A DNA stretch of 64,000 nucleotides from Octopus vulgaris (GCA_951406725.2 OX597818.1:33790001-33854000), one strand, 5' to 3'; positions 14,693-29,309 are shown, counted from the first letter of the stretch. Numbers and translations are program-made. The notes: generated from the letters alone by a model not told the origin.

Positions 14693-15171
14693 TGATGTAA
14701 AACTCTATACGCAAAGTTATGCCAAACAAGGCTTTTCAAGCTGTTGGAAATATAAGGATTTTAGTGACCAACTGATATAATTAGGACAAAAATTCTCAGA
14801 GCTGGTACCGGGGACTCAATGTTCATTTAATTTTGTTATACATCACTAATCACAATATGCTTCTGATTTCTTCTTGATTGCTCCATAATATTTAAATACT
14901 TTTGTAGATTTAGTTATAAATTCATAAAATCCAAAGTATTATTCAAGTAATTATTCAGCATTTATTCATTCTAATAAAATATGAACAACAGTATTTATGA
15001 ATTGACAGAATCAGTGCTTGTTTGTCTGTCTATCTGTCTGTCTATGCCAGTCACTCCACAGGTTGCCAGCAAGATTTTGTTTCTTTACAACCCCGTAACA
15101 TAGTATTTCTGCAAAATAGACTTATAGAATATGCAGCAGATTTTAAAAGTAAGTACTGTGTTCGAGTAAAC

Positions 15172-15483
15172 TAGTGGCTCTCAACCAGGGTCCAATATGT
15201 GAGTTTTGGGGGTCCACACAACAAAATAGTAAATTGGGGATACACAATAGTATTTTAAGGGCCCCTAAAAACATTTAGATGTATGCATTGGCATGTATTG
15301 CAAGAAACAGCTGGCTTTCTTTCTCTGTCATTTTGCATAGATCAACCTACACAAGCTAATGTGCGTAAGGCAAAATAGGAATTTTGAAATAAGTTTCTAC
15401 ATAACTAGTTTTTAAACAACAAACGGCTATGAGTAGGGGGTCTACCTAAATAAAATAGTAGTCTAAATGGTTGAGAAACCCTC
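15172..15483. mobile_element. hAT (Charlie-like) MITE inserted into an old SINE family B copy
   Basis: TIRs TAGTGGCTCTCAACC / GGTTGAGAAACCCTC; flanking 8-mers GAGTAAAC and GACTAAAT (6/8) as a decayed TSD; SINE B sequence continues on both sides. Confidence 0.75.
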
Positions 15484-15785
15484 GACTAAATCGTTCAAGC
15501 ATAGTCACAGTCCAGTGATTGAAACAAGTAAATGATAAAAGACGGATACCACTGGACATTTTTTTCTTTTCCTTTTAGATGATACGAATAAATGTTGGCT
15601 AATGGATGAAACTGATAATTTTGTGTATATAGAAAATACATGAGTACGAATTCAACAGACATATGATATAATATTAGGATTGTAAGTCGGAGAGCTGGTA
15701 GAAACGTTAGCACTCTGGGTGAAATGCGTAGCCGTATTTCGTCTGCCGTTACGTTCTGAGTTCAAATTCTACTGGTATATACGGT

Positions 15786-15854
15786 ACGTATTCAATGCCC
15801 GTGCCTACAATGAGCTTTTAGAGAAAGTATACCAATGTCTACATATATATATAT

Positions 15855-15910
<56 letters not shown>

Positions 15911-15976
15911 GTATATATACATGTAGGCATTGGTATACTTCTCTAAAAGCTCATTGTAAGCACATGCATTGAATAC

Positions 15977-15980
<4 letters not shown>
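15786..15980. repeat. Inverted repeat, about 57-bp arms, around a (TA)n tract
   Basis: CGTATTCAATG..AATGAGCTTTTAGAGAAAGTATACCAATG.CTACAT and its reverse complement at about 15920-15978. Confidence 0.85.
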
Positions 15981-16014
<34 letters not shown>

Positions 16015-16529
16015 AGCTTTTATACAGTTTCCGTCTACAACATTCACTCATCAAAACAGAGCTTGGAAGTATTGAATAAGACACGTGCCCAATGTACCGT
16101 GCAGTGGGACTGAACCTGAAACCACGTAGTTGCAAAGCGGGCAGCTTAACCACACTACCATGCCTGCATGAGTACAAAGTAACTATAAAGCCTATTTACA
16201 CATGATACAAATAAGGAAATGGAGCATAGAAATAATCAGGCTTCTGCAATGATTAGGCGTACATGGTTGTGTAGTAGGCAGTAATTAAAAATCATGAGGA
16301 CACATAGTAATTAGAGTTACTGCTCGTAAAAAACAAATTGTAATAAAATAAGCTATTAGAATTATATGGAGTTTAATTAATTGGTGGTTAATAAGAATTC
16401 GTATAATCTTCATTTAATAAAATAAACAAAAGTAGTAAATAGAGTACATATTCAAATATGAATTTAAATAATTAATTAAACTGGTATGAATACCACCCTC
16501 GAAGCGGTTTTCAGATGAATTCGCAATAT

Positions 16530-16572
<43 letters not shown>

Positions 16573-16710
16573 TATGTGTGTGTGTGTGTACGTATGTATA
16601 TATATGTCATATGTATATATATGTATATATATATGTATGTATGTATATATGTATATACATGTATATATATGTATGTATAAATATATATGTATGTATAAAT
16701 ATATATGTAT

Positions 16711-16748
<38 letters not shown>

Positions 16749-16771
16749 GTATATATATACATACATATATA

Positions 16772-16842
<71 letters not shown>

Positions 16843-17328
16843 ATATATACCGGTATATAAATCTGTGTATATGCATGTGTACACACACACACACATGTGT
16901 GTGTGTGTGTGTATGTATGTATGTGTTATCGCAATGTTTTGCATATATAAGAAACAACATTAGCAAATGTTTCCTTGCCGACATTTTTCTTAAGAAAGAA
17001 ACTTATGGTAGCATACAAGAGGGAAAAGAAAAATTTAGCGAAATAACTTTTAGACACTTATTAACTTGTGTAAACATTTATATGAAATATCGAAAGTCAT
17101 AACATCCTAAAAATACGAAGTGCTCTGTTTTGGCTCCAAGCGGTTTTCTTTTCGTTCATGGTGTATGTGTGTGTGTGTATATGTGAGTGTGTGTTCAATA
17201 TATAAACTGCTTGAAGCCAAAACCAAGCACTTTCATATTTTTCCTATTTTACATACAAACACATATACATACGCACACACTCATATACAAACACCACACA
17301 TGCCCACACACTTGTCATAGATAGATAA

Positions 17329-17388
<60 letters not shown>

Positions 17389-17579
17389 GTAGGTAGGTAG
17401 GTAGACACATAGATAGATAGGTAGATAGAGAGATAGATAGACAGATAGATAGACAGATAGATAGACAGACACACATATATATAATATATTCATGCATATA
17501 TACATACATATACCAGTGTGTGCGTGTGTGATTGCGCGCGCGCGTATGTACATGTGTATTTAGAAGGAAATTGTAGGCA

Positions 17580-17632
<53 letters not shown>

Positions 17633-17959
17633 TTGTAAATATATACTTGCTACGCTACTGAAAATTGTCGAATGATCCATAAATCTCATCAATGAAATTT
17701 AATATGTATTTACTTATACAAAATCACATATCTATCACCAATCTCCACTTTTCTCATTAGAGTGCGATTTGAAAGAAATTAGCCTGCTATCTCTAGCAGA
17801 GTACACGACATTGCACAGGCCTGTCGTAGCAAAAAAACTCCGCTCAATGTCGTATTTAATGACCCAGTGTTTAGTGGTTGAATTGCGGTTGTAATGATTC
17901 AGTGCATGGTTGTAATGAAACTATCCGGAGAGGTCTCGGCAGTGGTTGAGAGATCTCAG

Positions 17960-18172
17960 CAGTGGGTGCTGAAAGATTCCTAGCTTTGGGTAAAAGAATG
18001 TACAGGAAGATCAACTAATTATGATTTTATCCAACATATTTCCCTCTCAGATTCACACACCCATTGCAGCAGTCATTCAGTTTTTCTAAGCCCTGTTAAA
18101 AGAACTTGGAAATTTGGGCTTCCAGGCCTTTCGAGATACCATTAAAGACGGGGAGTTCTCAGTGCACCACGT
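17960..18172 (-). mobile_element. Mariner-derived MITE (about 215 bp)
   Basis: TIR-like GGTGCTGAAAGATTCC ... GGGAGTTCTCAGTGCACC; internal CAACATATTTCCCTCTCAG is the reverse of the GEYVE coding remnant. Confidence 0.75.
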
Positions 18173-18173
18173 G

Positions 18174-18214
<41 letters not shown>

Positions 18215-18224
<10 letters not shown>

Positions 18225-18591
18225 TTAGAGACAAAACCACTATTATGCAAATCAAACAAAGAAAGACTTAATCCAATACATAAAAATTTTTATATAAATT
18301 AAATAAAATTAAGTTATCCACTACAATTGTTTCTTGTCACTTCTAAGGACATTCATCAGGTGGTTTTCAGACCTTCTATTCAATTTTAAATTATGAAGTA
18401 ATTTAAAAACAATTGTAGTTTTATTTAATTTATATAATATTTTTTTATGTATTGGATTAAGTCTTTCTTTGTTTGATTTGCATAATAGTGGTTTTGTCTC
18501 TAATTAATATTATATAATATTTTACTATAAAATTGGATTCAATCCTAAATCTGATTTTTCCCTGTAAATTTGGATTTATTCCCTAATATTT

Positions 18592-18600
<9 letters not shown>
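18215..18600. mobile_element. Non-autonomous HHR-bearing PLE-like element with inverted arms, between (TA)n tracts
   Basis: 18215-18330 is an inverted copy of about 18408-18515; HHR in the left arm; (TA)n on both sides. Confidence 0.75.
18318..18363 (-). ncRNA. Type I minimal hammerhead ribozyme
   Basis: Minus strand reads CCAC-CTGATGA-A-TGTC-CTTAGAAGT-GACA-A-GAAAC-AATT-GTA-GTGG: stem I CCAC/GTGG, stem II TGTC/GACA, palindromic stem III, GUA cleavage triplet. Confidence 0.85.
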
Positions 18601-18653
<53 letters not shown>

Positions 18654-18940
18654 TGTGTGTGTGAGTGAGAGAGAAAGGGAGAGTGGGCACATGGCTTAGT
18701 ATTTGAGGTGTAAGACTCACGATCGTTAGATCCGGATTTCAATTTCTAGACCGGTTGGTGCATTATGTTGTTGAGCAAAACACTTCATCTCACTTTGGTC
18801 TGCGATCATTTCGACAGGTACACAGTGCACCTGTTCAGACAACGTCAAATTGATGGAGAGTGTGAGATAATGTGTTACACGAATATTTGATCACTATAAA
18901 TGAATCATTTGTTCGAGTCGTTCGGAGGGCGAGTCCAGCG

Positions 18941-18974
<34 letters not shown>

Positions 18975-18978
18975 GAGT

Positions 18979-19014
<36 letters not shown>

Positions 19015-19019
19015 ACAGC

Positions 19020-19236
19020 AGTGGGTGCTGAAAGATTCCTAGCTTTGGGTAAAAGAGAGTACAGGAAGATCAGTTAATTATGAATTTATTCAACATATTC
19101 CTTCTCAAATTCACACACGTATTGCAGCAGTCGTTCAGTTTTTCTAAGCCCTGTACAAGAACTCGGAAGCTTGGATCTCCAACCAAGCCTCTAAGGGATA
19201 TCAGTAAGATCAGGAATTTCTCAGCGCCGACTCGTA
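19020..19236 (-). mobile_element. Mariner-derived MITE
   Basis: Homologous to 17960-18172; ends CAGGAATTTCTCAGCGCC..CTCGTA. Confidence 0.75.
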
Positions 19237-19824
19237 AACTTGTGCTAGGTTTAATGAGAAAGTTGGCTGTAATAAAAGAAAGTTAGTGTCGAGATAATAA
19301 GAATGTTTATAATGGTTTCAGATTTTGGCACAAGACCATCAGTTTAAGGGAGCGGGTAAGTCGATTACATTGACACCCAGTGTGCAACTAGTACATATCT
19401 TATTGTGTCTAAAGGATGAAAAGTAAAGTTTACCTTGATGGAATATGAACTCGTGATGTAAAAGATTAGGAAAAAATGCCTACTATAGGCATATGACGAG
19501 ACATTTTGTAGGGGTGGGGAGTAGTTGATACCATTAGCCCCAGTGCTCAACTGGTACTAATTTCACCTGCTACGAAAAGATGAACGGTAAAGTCGACTTC
19601 GACGAAATTTGAACTCAGAACATATAGACGGACGAAATGTTGCTAAGCAATTTGTCTAGCGTGCTAACGGTACTGCCAGCTGCCGTCTTCGAAGTGTTTA
19701 TAACGAAAGCAAAACGGTAACGGTTGTTGTGGTTGTGATGAAATCGAATAACGTAGTAATGCAACTCTGGACTACTTCTATTGAAATGCATCAGTGGTAG
19801 TTTTAATGATAGAAAGAAAGTCAA

Positions 19825-20056
19825 GGCGGTGAGCTGGCAGAATCGTTAGCACGCCAGGCGAAATGCGTTGCGGTATTTCGTCTGCAGCTACGTTCTGAGT
19901 TCAAATTCCGCCGAGATCGAGTTTGCCTTTCATCCTTTCGGGGTAGATAAATTAAGTACCAGTTACGCACTGGGGTCGATGTAATCGACTTAATCCGTTC
20001 GTCTGTCCGTGTTTGTCTCTTCTACGTTTAGCCCCTTGTGAGCACTAAAGAAATAA
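19825..20056 (+). mobile_element. Full-length tRNA-derived SINE family A
   Basis: A-box-like TGGCAGAATCGTTAG and B-box GAGTTCAAATTCC; many copies in the window (for example 6160, 12030, 15686, 19310-, 19495-, 32202, 41215-, 54646-, 60705-). Confidence 0.9.
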
Positions 20057-20206
20057 GTAAGAAAGAAAATAAAAGGAAGTAAAATATAAATAAAATAAAA
20101 TACAGTAAAACAGAAGAGTTCAGGCTTCGGCTTCATGCTCTTGCCTGATGGGGCTGTGTAGAGTACGAGGAGGTTTAATTTTCTGTCATATGTTCAATGG
20201 TGCACA

Positions 20207-20574
20207 GTGGTTAGGGCAGCGGACTCGCGGTCATAGGATCGCGGTTTTGATTCCCAGACCGGGCGTTGTGAGTGTTTATTGAGCGAAAACACCTAAAAGC
20301 TCCACGAGGCTCCGACAGGGATGGTGGTGATCCCTGCTGTACTCTTTCACCACAACTTTCTCTCACTCTTACTTCCTGTTTCTCTTGTACCTGTATTTCA
20401 AGAGGCCGGCCTTGTCACTCTCTGTGTCACACTGAATATCCCCGAGAACTACGTTAAGGGTGCACGTGTCTGTGGAGTGCTCAGCCACTTACACGTTAAT
20501 TTCACGAGCAGGCTGTTCCGTTGATTCGGATCAAATGGAACCTTCATCGTCGTAACCGACGGAGTGCTTCCACA
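20207..20574 (+). mobile_element. tRNA-derived SINE family C variant with a 30-bp target-site duplication
   Basis: tRNA-like head (GTGGTTAGGGCAGCGGACT..GGTTTTGATTCCC); tail shared with 53108-53427 and 57160-57480; flanking direct repeats at 20177-20206 and 20575-20604 (1 mismatch). Confidence 0.85.
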
Positions 20575-23018
20575 AATTTTCTGTCATATGTTCAAGGGTG
20601 CACAAATATGTTATCGACACAACCTTTATATATACAACGTTGATTTTATTGAAACATCTAATTGTGTTCTTTTTAGGCTCATGCGTTCTGAGTTCAAACA
20701 CCACAATGACTCACTTGAGTGGTAAACTTCAGCTGTGGCCCAGTTTAACATAACCTCCTGCTGTTTTGATTGCTTTGTCGAATTCCCCTCTTGCAAGCTT
20801 TTCCGCCAGAATAATTTTCTTCTTCCTGCTTCGAGGTTGCAAAGACACAGCTCATTTGGCGACTTTAATGACACTTGAGCAGTTACTTGGATGATACAGC
20901 TCACTAGCGGCCCAAATGTAACACATCAACAATTTGTATAGATACTACTAAGTGATTGTAATGATAACACAAACCATTTCCCATGTCATTGCGTGTTTCT
21001 ACTAATAATGATGTGTTACTGGGGCATAACTGAATCAATGCAATCGATCTGGTGGCATGAAAGATAATGTCAATCAAATCAGATCCGTCTCTTTTAAAAC
21101 TGGAAAGATTCATTTGATAATAAAAAATAGACCGCATGGTCACGGCTGGAAAAACCTTTATGCATAGGTTTACTCCTTCATAGTCGACCTCATGATATCC
21201 AATCCCCAATTGTGATTTTACATCCACCTCACATTCATCTTTTCTTTCCCAAATGTACTGAACAATTTTGAATTTGAGATGGTATATCACAAAGTTCATA
21301 CTCCCGTTAATTACATTAGAGAATAAATATAGCAAAATCACTTCAACCAAAATCGTACCTTCAGTTCACCTGTATACTTAAACTATCACTGATGAACCCT
21401 AAGCAAATAATAATGGAACCAATTAACATTTCCCCTTTATTCCTTTCTCAGTGACTAATTTTATTAGTGGTTTGCATCTAATACAATCTTCTCTTATCTG
21501 TTATGTTCTCTTTTCCTTGAAAATGTTCTTATTTCGTTGATCATTCAAACTACGTATTTGTTTATCTTTTCAATGAACTTTCGCTTCATTCTTATTCCTT
21601 CAATCTAATGTAACTACTCTATCTGGGAAAATGCTTGGAACAGCCATCATGTTGTATATCGACCACTCTTGCGTAAATTGTTCCTAATTTTCAACAACAC
21701 TACTTGCTATGCAATATTTTATTTCTCACTTCTAATTTAACACAACCACTTGGTGTTCGCTTTCAACCACTTTCACAACAAATTACACATAATTCTACTC
21801 GAAACCGATATTTTACGCTCAAATACCCTTAATCAGGAATACATTTGATTGTTATTTTCTTTACAGCAATTCCTTTTATAAGAATCAGCAGGAAAATTTC
21901 AATTTACAATTAAGAATTTTACTGTAATGCATTCGAATTGTATTTTGCTTTCAAAACGGACAAATTTTATGGTAAACAGATACTCTAATACTGGCTTTCA
22001 CAAACAATTACCTGCATTTTTCAATAATACATACAACACATTTGTGAATCTTACAATGCAAAACTGTAATGTTTATTAATAGTCATAGCATAAATTTCAG
22101 CTAAGTGAAAATCCATTTCACATAAATTTCCAAACGTTGCTTTTGGTTTCACTTGCACCATTAAAGGGGTTATTTAGACTTAGGTTAATCCCAACGAAAT
22201 AGACCTATACACAAAGCCATTCCAGTCTTAACTATCCTAACTTTTATTTTACACCTAGGTGTTTAAAATAGAAATATCGAGTGAGTTCTTTTTTTTTTCA
22301 CAGTACATAGGTTGTGGTTTAAAGGAGATTCAGCTCTATTTATTTGGGTACCAGAGTTCACATTAAGGCTTCTTCCTTGTCTCGAAAGATCATAATATTT
22401 GTGGAAAATGTTCATTCTTTTGTCTGCTAGATACTCAGAAGCAACTAAATTTCTTCTCGGTACATTCTTCCAGCTTCGATGGTAAACTGCAATACTTAGT
22501 AAAAACAAAATAATTGCAATTAAAATACTCATAATACGTAATACAATGAGAATCTACCTAATGTATTTCTTATCTGTGGGGCATTAGTTCCACTTGACTG
22601 AGTATAAGAGCAATTTTAAATATGGGATATAACAATAATTTTATTAACTTATACACCAAACTGTTGGTTGACACTTCGGCAAGATTTGAACTAAGCATGT
22701 AGAATGAAGCTAAAGAATATACAGAACACTATAGAACTCTGCCACTTCTAATAATCTCCTACCAGCTCTGAGCACATAATGATTTCAGACTGGGGCGCAT
22801 GGCCATGAATTCTGAAGGGATTTGAACTCGTAGTGTAATATTAAACGAAACCTGATTGACAAGCTGGTTATGCTAGTAATGTAAAAGTATATGACTGAGA
22901 GGTTAGGGATTCGTTTGTACCAAATTTCTATTTTGGATGTATTTGGGAACATAATTGTGCTCATGATTTAGTGTTTGCTTCTTTCATGGGTATGAGTAAG
23001 TATCTCATTTGCCACATT

Positions 23019-23071
23019 TATCACTGACGAAGGGAGGGTTCTTATGAACTAACCCTGAAATCGGTCCGATA
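23019..23071 (+). ncRNA. Type I hammerhead ribozyme, slightly decayed, in a PLE-like element ending at (TAGA)n near 23310
   Basis: TATCA-CTGACGA-AGGG-AGG-GTTC-TTAT-GAAC-TAA-CCCT-GAAAT-CG-GTC-CGATA; GUC triplet. Downstream GCATATTTGGCATTAGAAT resembles 52997-53015. Confidence 0.7.
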
Positions 23072-23317
23072 TGGTTATGATGGAATTTTTTAAAAATTTC
23101 TGTCGATCTTTTTTGAGTAGCGTGCTTATTGTGAAAAATTATATGGTTATGGACAGGATGTCTAATTTCGGCATATTTGGCATTAGAATTTTTTTCGTTT
23201 GCCCTTATTTATAAATTGTTTATAAATTTAACCTTTAAAGATATTTTTTAATATGCTGGCCATTGATAACATTTTTTTCGAAAAAAATTTTTATCCTACA
23301 TTAAATATAGATAGATG

Positions 23318-23433
<116 letters not shown>

Positions 23434-24349
23434 TTGACCTCAACCAGCGTCATTGGTTAACATGGTTTTGTAGAATACTTTAATCAAGTAGTGGAATTGA
23501 ATCCAGAACCCACGTGTTTATGCAATGGACTTCTTAACTGCATAACCGTGTGTGAATACAAATATCTATTTGAATGTTATACGCGATTACATATGTATAT
23601 AATACAAGTATGCTTACGATAAAGATCCATTCAGTTCATCAACAGACACACACGTGTGTGTGTGTGTGCGCACGTATCTGTACAAATATGTAGTTAAGTG
23701 TGTGTGTATGTGCGTATATCTATCTACCTATATATTCCTACGTACAGTCTCACACGTAAGCGCACACGTTTTTATGTGCGCATATGTGTGTATGAGTGTG
23801 TGTGACTGTGCATGCGCACACGAATAGGTCGTATAGAGCTAGATCACTTGTCTGCGACGAAGACTATCAGTGACTATAAAATGAATTGGGCTTTGGATAG
23901 TAGCTGTTTAAGCTCCTCAGGCTCCTACATGTCTTTTGGCAAAACCTACACGTATACTTATGTGCATGAGTGTATAAGTAACTGTGTATGTCTGTGTATA
24001 AATATGAGTGTGTAATGCTTGCTATTTAAATAAATAACTAACCAAAACGGATGATACATCACTATTCCCCAGCTTATTATCTGAAACATGCATACACTGG
24101 TTTAGTAGAAGCGTATTATGATTGCATATATGTTTCTCGTGATGCTAATGTAGCTTTATGCCTTTGTTTTTTCTTAATTTTTTATGTATTTGTAGTTGTT
24201 ATATTACATTACTATATTACTCTCAACAACTTCTTATTTAGATTCCATCACTTCTACACCAAACCTATCATTTCATATTCTCTTACGACTTTTTTTTTCC
24301 GTTTTCCCCAACTGTATGTATAAACATGCACACATATACACATGCATAA

Positions 24350-24390
<41 letters not shown>

Positions 24391-24465
24391 TTTATACACA
24401 TATACATATATACATAAATGTGGATGTGTGTATATATATATACGTATATATATATATGTATATAT

Positions 24466-24500
<35 letters not shown>

Positions 24501-24551
24501 TATATATATATATATATATATATATGCATATATATATACATACATACATAC

Positions 24552-24629
<78 letters not shown>

Positions 24630-24635
24630 CATATA

Positions 24636-24723
<88 letters not shown>

Positions 24724-25284
24724 CATGTTCACAAATACACACACACACACAGATATTCATTATTTGCTGTCGCTTGCTGCTGCATTTGGATACTCAATAT
24801 TTAATTTATTTATTTGGACTGCTACTGCCTAATGGAATAAAGAGAGATTAGAAATGATGTTGATGTATTTAAAACTAATGGCTATTAAAACGCCTCATGC
24901 ACTGCTATAGTGAATCACTATTGGTTGACTGGTGTAAATGACAACGAAACATCTCTCCCACCGCCCTCACCTATCACCTACAGATTCTCTCCTCTGCCAT
25001 CATATTCTTTCGTAAAAATCTGTAATCTCTTGCCAAGTTCAAGTCGCCCATCAGGATATGTATGAGGTTTTGAAAATGGTAGTATTACTATTGCCGGATT
25101 ACCATTTTAGTTTTAGAGAGACGATATATCGTTATAATTGTCGTGCAAGCGACATACATTTTAGTAGTGTTTTCAAGTGATTTCAGTGTATGCGTAGAAA
25201 TATATGTGACTCAATATATATACATTTGCATAATATGTAAATATAAATGATTTTTTATGTACAAGCATATATATATATATATAT

Positions 25285-25665
25285 AAACCTAGCTTGCCAA
25301 CCACATGGTCCTGGGTTCTGTCCCACTGCATGGCACCTTGGGCAAGTGTTTTCTCCTATAGCCTCGTACGGACCAGAGCCTTGTGAATGGATTTGGTAGA
25401 CGGAAACTGAAAGAAGTCCATCGTATATGTATATATATGTATGTGTGTGTATATGTTTGTGTTTCTGTATTTGTCCCACCAACATCGCTTGACAACCGAT
25501 GTTGGTGTGTTTACCTCTCTGTAACCAAGCGATTTTGCAAAAGAGACCGACAGAATAAGAACTAGGCTTACAAAGAATAAGTTCTGGGGTTGATTTGGTC
25601 GACTAAAGGTGGTGCTCCAGCATGGCTGCAGTTAAATGGCTGAAACAAGTAAAAGAATAAAAGAA
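25285..25665 (+). mobile_element. SINE family B
   Basis: Match to 29969-30372. Confidence 0.9.
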
Positions 25666-25729
25666 TATATTCACTTGCGTGTACACTCAATATGCATATA
25701 CATAAATACACACATACACATGCATATAT

Positions 25730-25764
<35 letters not shown>

Positions 25765-25804
25765 GTTTTTATTGGCTAAACTGGCAATATGACCATTCCG
25801 ATAT

Positions 25805-25843
<39 letters not shown>

Positions 25844-26654
25844 ATTCCAGTAGTGCCTTTACTGGTATTCATTTCATATTTTCGTACGAGTTTCTTCAAA
25901 TTTCTTTGGAAATGTATATTACGACGTCATAAACTAACACTGATTATATACTGGAAAATACTGGGTTTTAAAATATTCTCGTCTCTAACAGACGAGAAAC
26001 ATATACACGTGAGAATAACGTACAAGCTACGAAATTGCTTTATTAATTCTGTTGTAAGTGTGAACGTTCTTAACTTCACGACTTCAACTGTTGCATTAAC
26101 CACAGCCAGAGAAAGCGATACTCTCCCAGCAGCTTTCACACACATCAATAAGAATGGATTACAAATTAAAACACAATTCAAAGCTAAATAGGTATCCTTT
26201 AGTGCACAATACATCTATATTCCTTAGAATTCTGCACAAAAATAGGCAATTAATGAAGGAAGCAATAATTATAGACAATCTAATCGTAAAATATACACAG
26301 AGAATTCACTAACAAGAAACAAAAATAAACTTCTGAGCGATTCTAGTCTAACGAAGAAATATTTGTATTTCTCTGATAACGTTTTCACTCTTATTGGGCC
26401 TGCCTACCATAAAGAATGAATAGCTCAAACCAGCATCACGTCGGCGTCAATATGAATCTATGAAAGTCTAGATATATTTTGGATGGATTTAAACGCATTT
26501 TAATGTCCGAAGTAAAAGTTTGTATAGTGAAACTACATCCCTCCCGGCAAAAAGCGGCAGCTATTATAAATAGACCAGTAGCCGGTCGACATGAGAAGGT
26601 CAGAGAAGATAAGAAGGTCGAAGGTGTGTGCAGACTGTGTTGATAGCTGTGTCT

Positions 26655-26726
<72 letters not shown>

Positions 26727-27411
26727 GTGTGTATATATATGTAAGTATGTATTATACATGTATGTATGTATGTATGTATATACGAGTTTCTTTCAGTTTC
26801 CGTCTACAAAATCCTCTTATAAGGCTTTGGTCGTTCGAAAGCTGTAGTAGAAAACACTTTCCCAAGATGCCACACAGTGGGTCTGAACTCGGAATTATGT
26901 GGTTGAGGAGCAAACTTCTTACCACATAGTTACTCCTGAATTCATCGTTCTTTTGAGAGCTTCGATTTTTCCTCCGTGATTTATAGCAAAACTGTTCACC
27001 ATAAACTGGCGGCGCCAACTTAACGTTCGACGACATGTGATTCGTAGCTCTCAAAGTGTCCTCACTAGCACACAGGTTTATATTCATGTGCATTTGTCTG
27101 TATTCGGGTTCATGTAGTAGTAAGAAACTCTAGTGAAAGGTACGTGTATTCAAATATGTTTTTACGTCTGTTGTGCAACATGAGATTGCAACATAGCATA
27201 TTTTTAATGTGGTTATTATAGTACGAATGTTCAATACAGTTATCAAGATTGACATGCAATGAGAAATGAACTCAGAAAGCCAAGTGAATATATGAGTATG
27301 TGTGTATGTGTACCTGTGCATATATGTATGTATACATACTTGTGCTCGACCATTTTAGTGGTTCTGTAAAATATAATAAAAATATTTATTGAACTGAAGA
27401 AAAAAAAGTAA

Positions 27412-27457
<46 letters not shown>

Positions 27458-27486
27458 CACGATATGATATATATATATATTTATAT

Positions 27487-27592
<106 letters not shown>

Positions 27593-28374
27593 CTGAGAGT
27601 GAATATGCAAATTTGAAATTCTAAATGGATTCTATGAAATGTTTATGATACTTACATATGAGAGGGAGGAAGGGGAAATGCCGGATTGAAATGGAGAACA
27701 ATAAAAGAAATCATATACAGGGAGTTGTTTTGAAAAGAATACTATCAAAAAATTATGATAATTAGAAAATTCAGAAGCATAAAACGATCTGGAAAGGACT
27801 TAAAGATATGAGTCAATTTTTTTTCAAATCCGTCAGAGATATAAATCAAAATGTTTATGTGAGGGTTAGAATTTACGACTTATATGGTGACGAGAGATTC
27901 ATCGTATTTGTATATTTTATATCTCTATTGGTCAACGATAATGACGTTAGTTACAGGTTTCCAATATCATGATTATTAGTTCACTGCATTCGTAATGGTG
28001 AGAGTTACCAGGAAATATTTGTAACTCATTTCAGAAGAAATACATCAATGGATACATCATTCTTCTTTCCGTACATTGAAAGCATAGAAGGAAGGCATTT
28101 ATATTTTATAATCTCCTGCATAGCTAGACTTTCTAGCATTACATTCTGTGTGTTGTGCATGTAATGCTACGGATGCAAGATTAATTATAGCTACACGTGC
28201 TGACATTATTGTGTGGTTGAGAAATTTGTTGTGTAACCTTGTGGTATTTGTTTCGAAACTACTGTGCTGAATCTTAGGAAAGTGTCTCCTATAACAACCC
28301 CGGGTTGACCAATGACATCGAAGGGAATTTGACAGATAGAAACTCTAGGAATGATATGTATGCATTCTATCTAT

Positions 28375-28414
<40 letters not shown>

Positions 28415-28607
28415 TAATAACGAGAACCTTTGGATGAAAATTCATAAATCATTTAATGCATTGCTACGTACGTTTCCACAAATTCAATGCTTTAGCTATT
28501 GTATTCCTCATCCATTTGGATATACATATAAACGTATACAAGCAGACAGACAGGGAGACAGACAGATAGAGAGGGAGACAAGGAGACAGACAGATATATA
28601 GACGGAC

Positions 28608-28791
<184 letters not shown>

Positions 28792-29309
28792 GTATCCAAA
28801 TTGAGGGATATAGATATAATATATATCCAAAAAAGCAGGCTGTGCATGTTTTCTAGATAATTGATTCTCTGATGTAATAGTTAGTCAACGATAGGTTCTC
28901 AACTAGTACATCAAACCGGGATTACTTTAGTTAAATGAAGATTACATTGTCGCTTGGAATATTCAAGTTAACTCACCGTAGATGTGAATTGAACTGAATA
29001 GAGAAGCCAGAAATACAGAATAGCAAAAAGAAAAATTCGGAAAAAATTAAAAGGTCAAAGAATATGAAATGGGAAAGGGTGGGGTCAAATATGTGGCAGG
29101 GGAAGTCGTATAGAGTTGATGGAAATGAAGAAAAAAGAGGAGGAAGAAACAGGAGGGAGAAAATATTTTCTTTGAATCGTTGACTTCATATCTGTTCATT
29201 TGGATTCTCCTTGCAGCCACTCTTTGCTCTGTTGTCTTGGATTTCGGTGTAGTTTTGGCTCTCAGTTTGTTTGTTTTTTAATTCTTCTTCCACTGGAATC
29301 ATTTTTTGA

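Noticed and set aside
19825-19910. tRNA-like sequences with A and B boxes
   Set aside because: They are SINE heads continuing into SINE bodies and lack a proper cloverleaf.
20904-21350. 148-aa minus-strand ORF
   Set aside because: It has no recognisable domain and appears to overlap decayed repeat sequence.
21385-21420. Isolated CTGATGA or CTGAAGA boxes (also near 985-, 12560- and 43175-)
   Set aside because: Most lack a correctly placed GAAA..NUH, and none has supporting stems.
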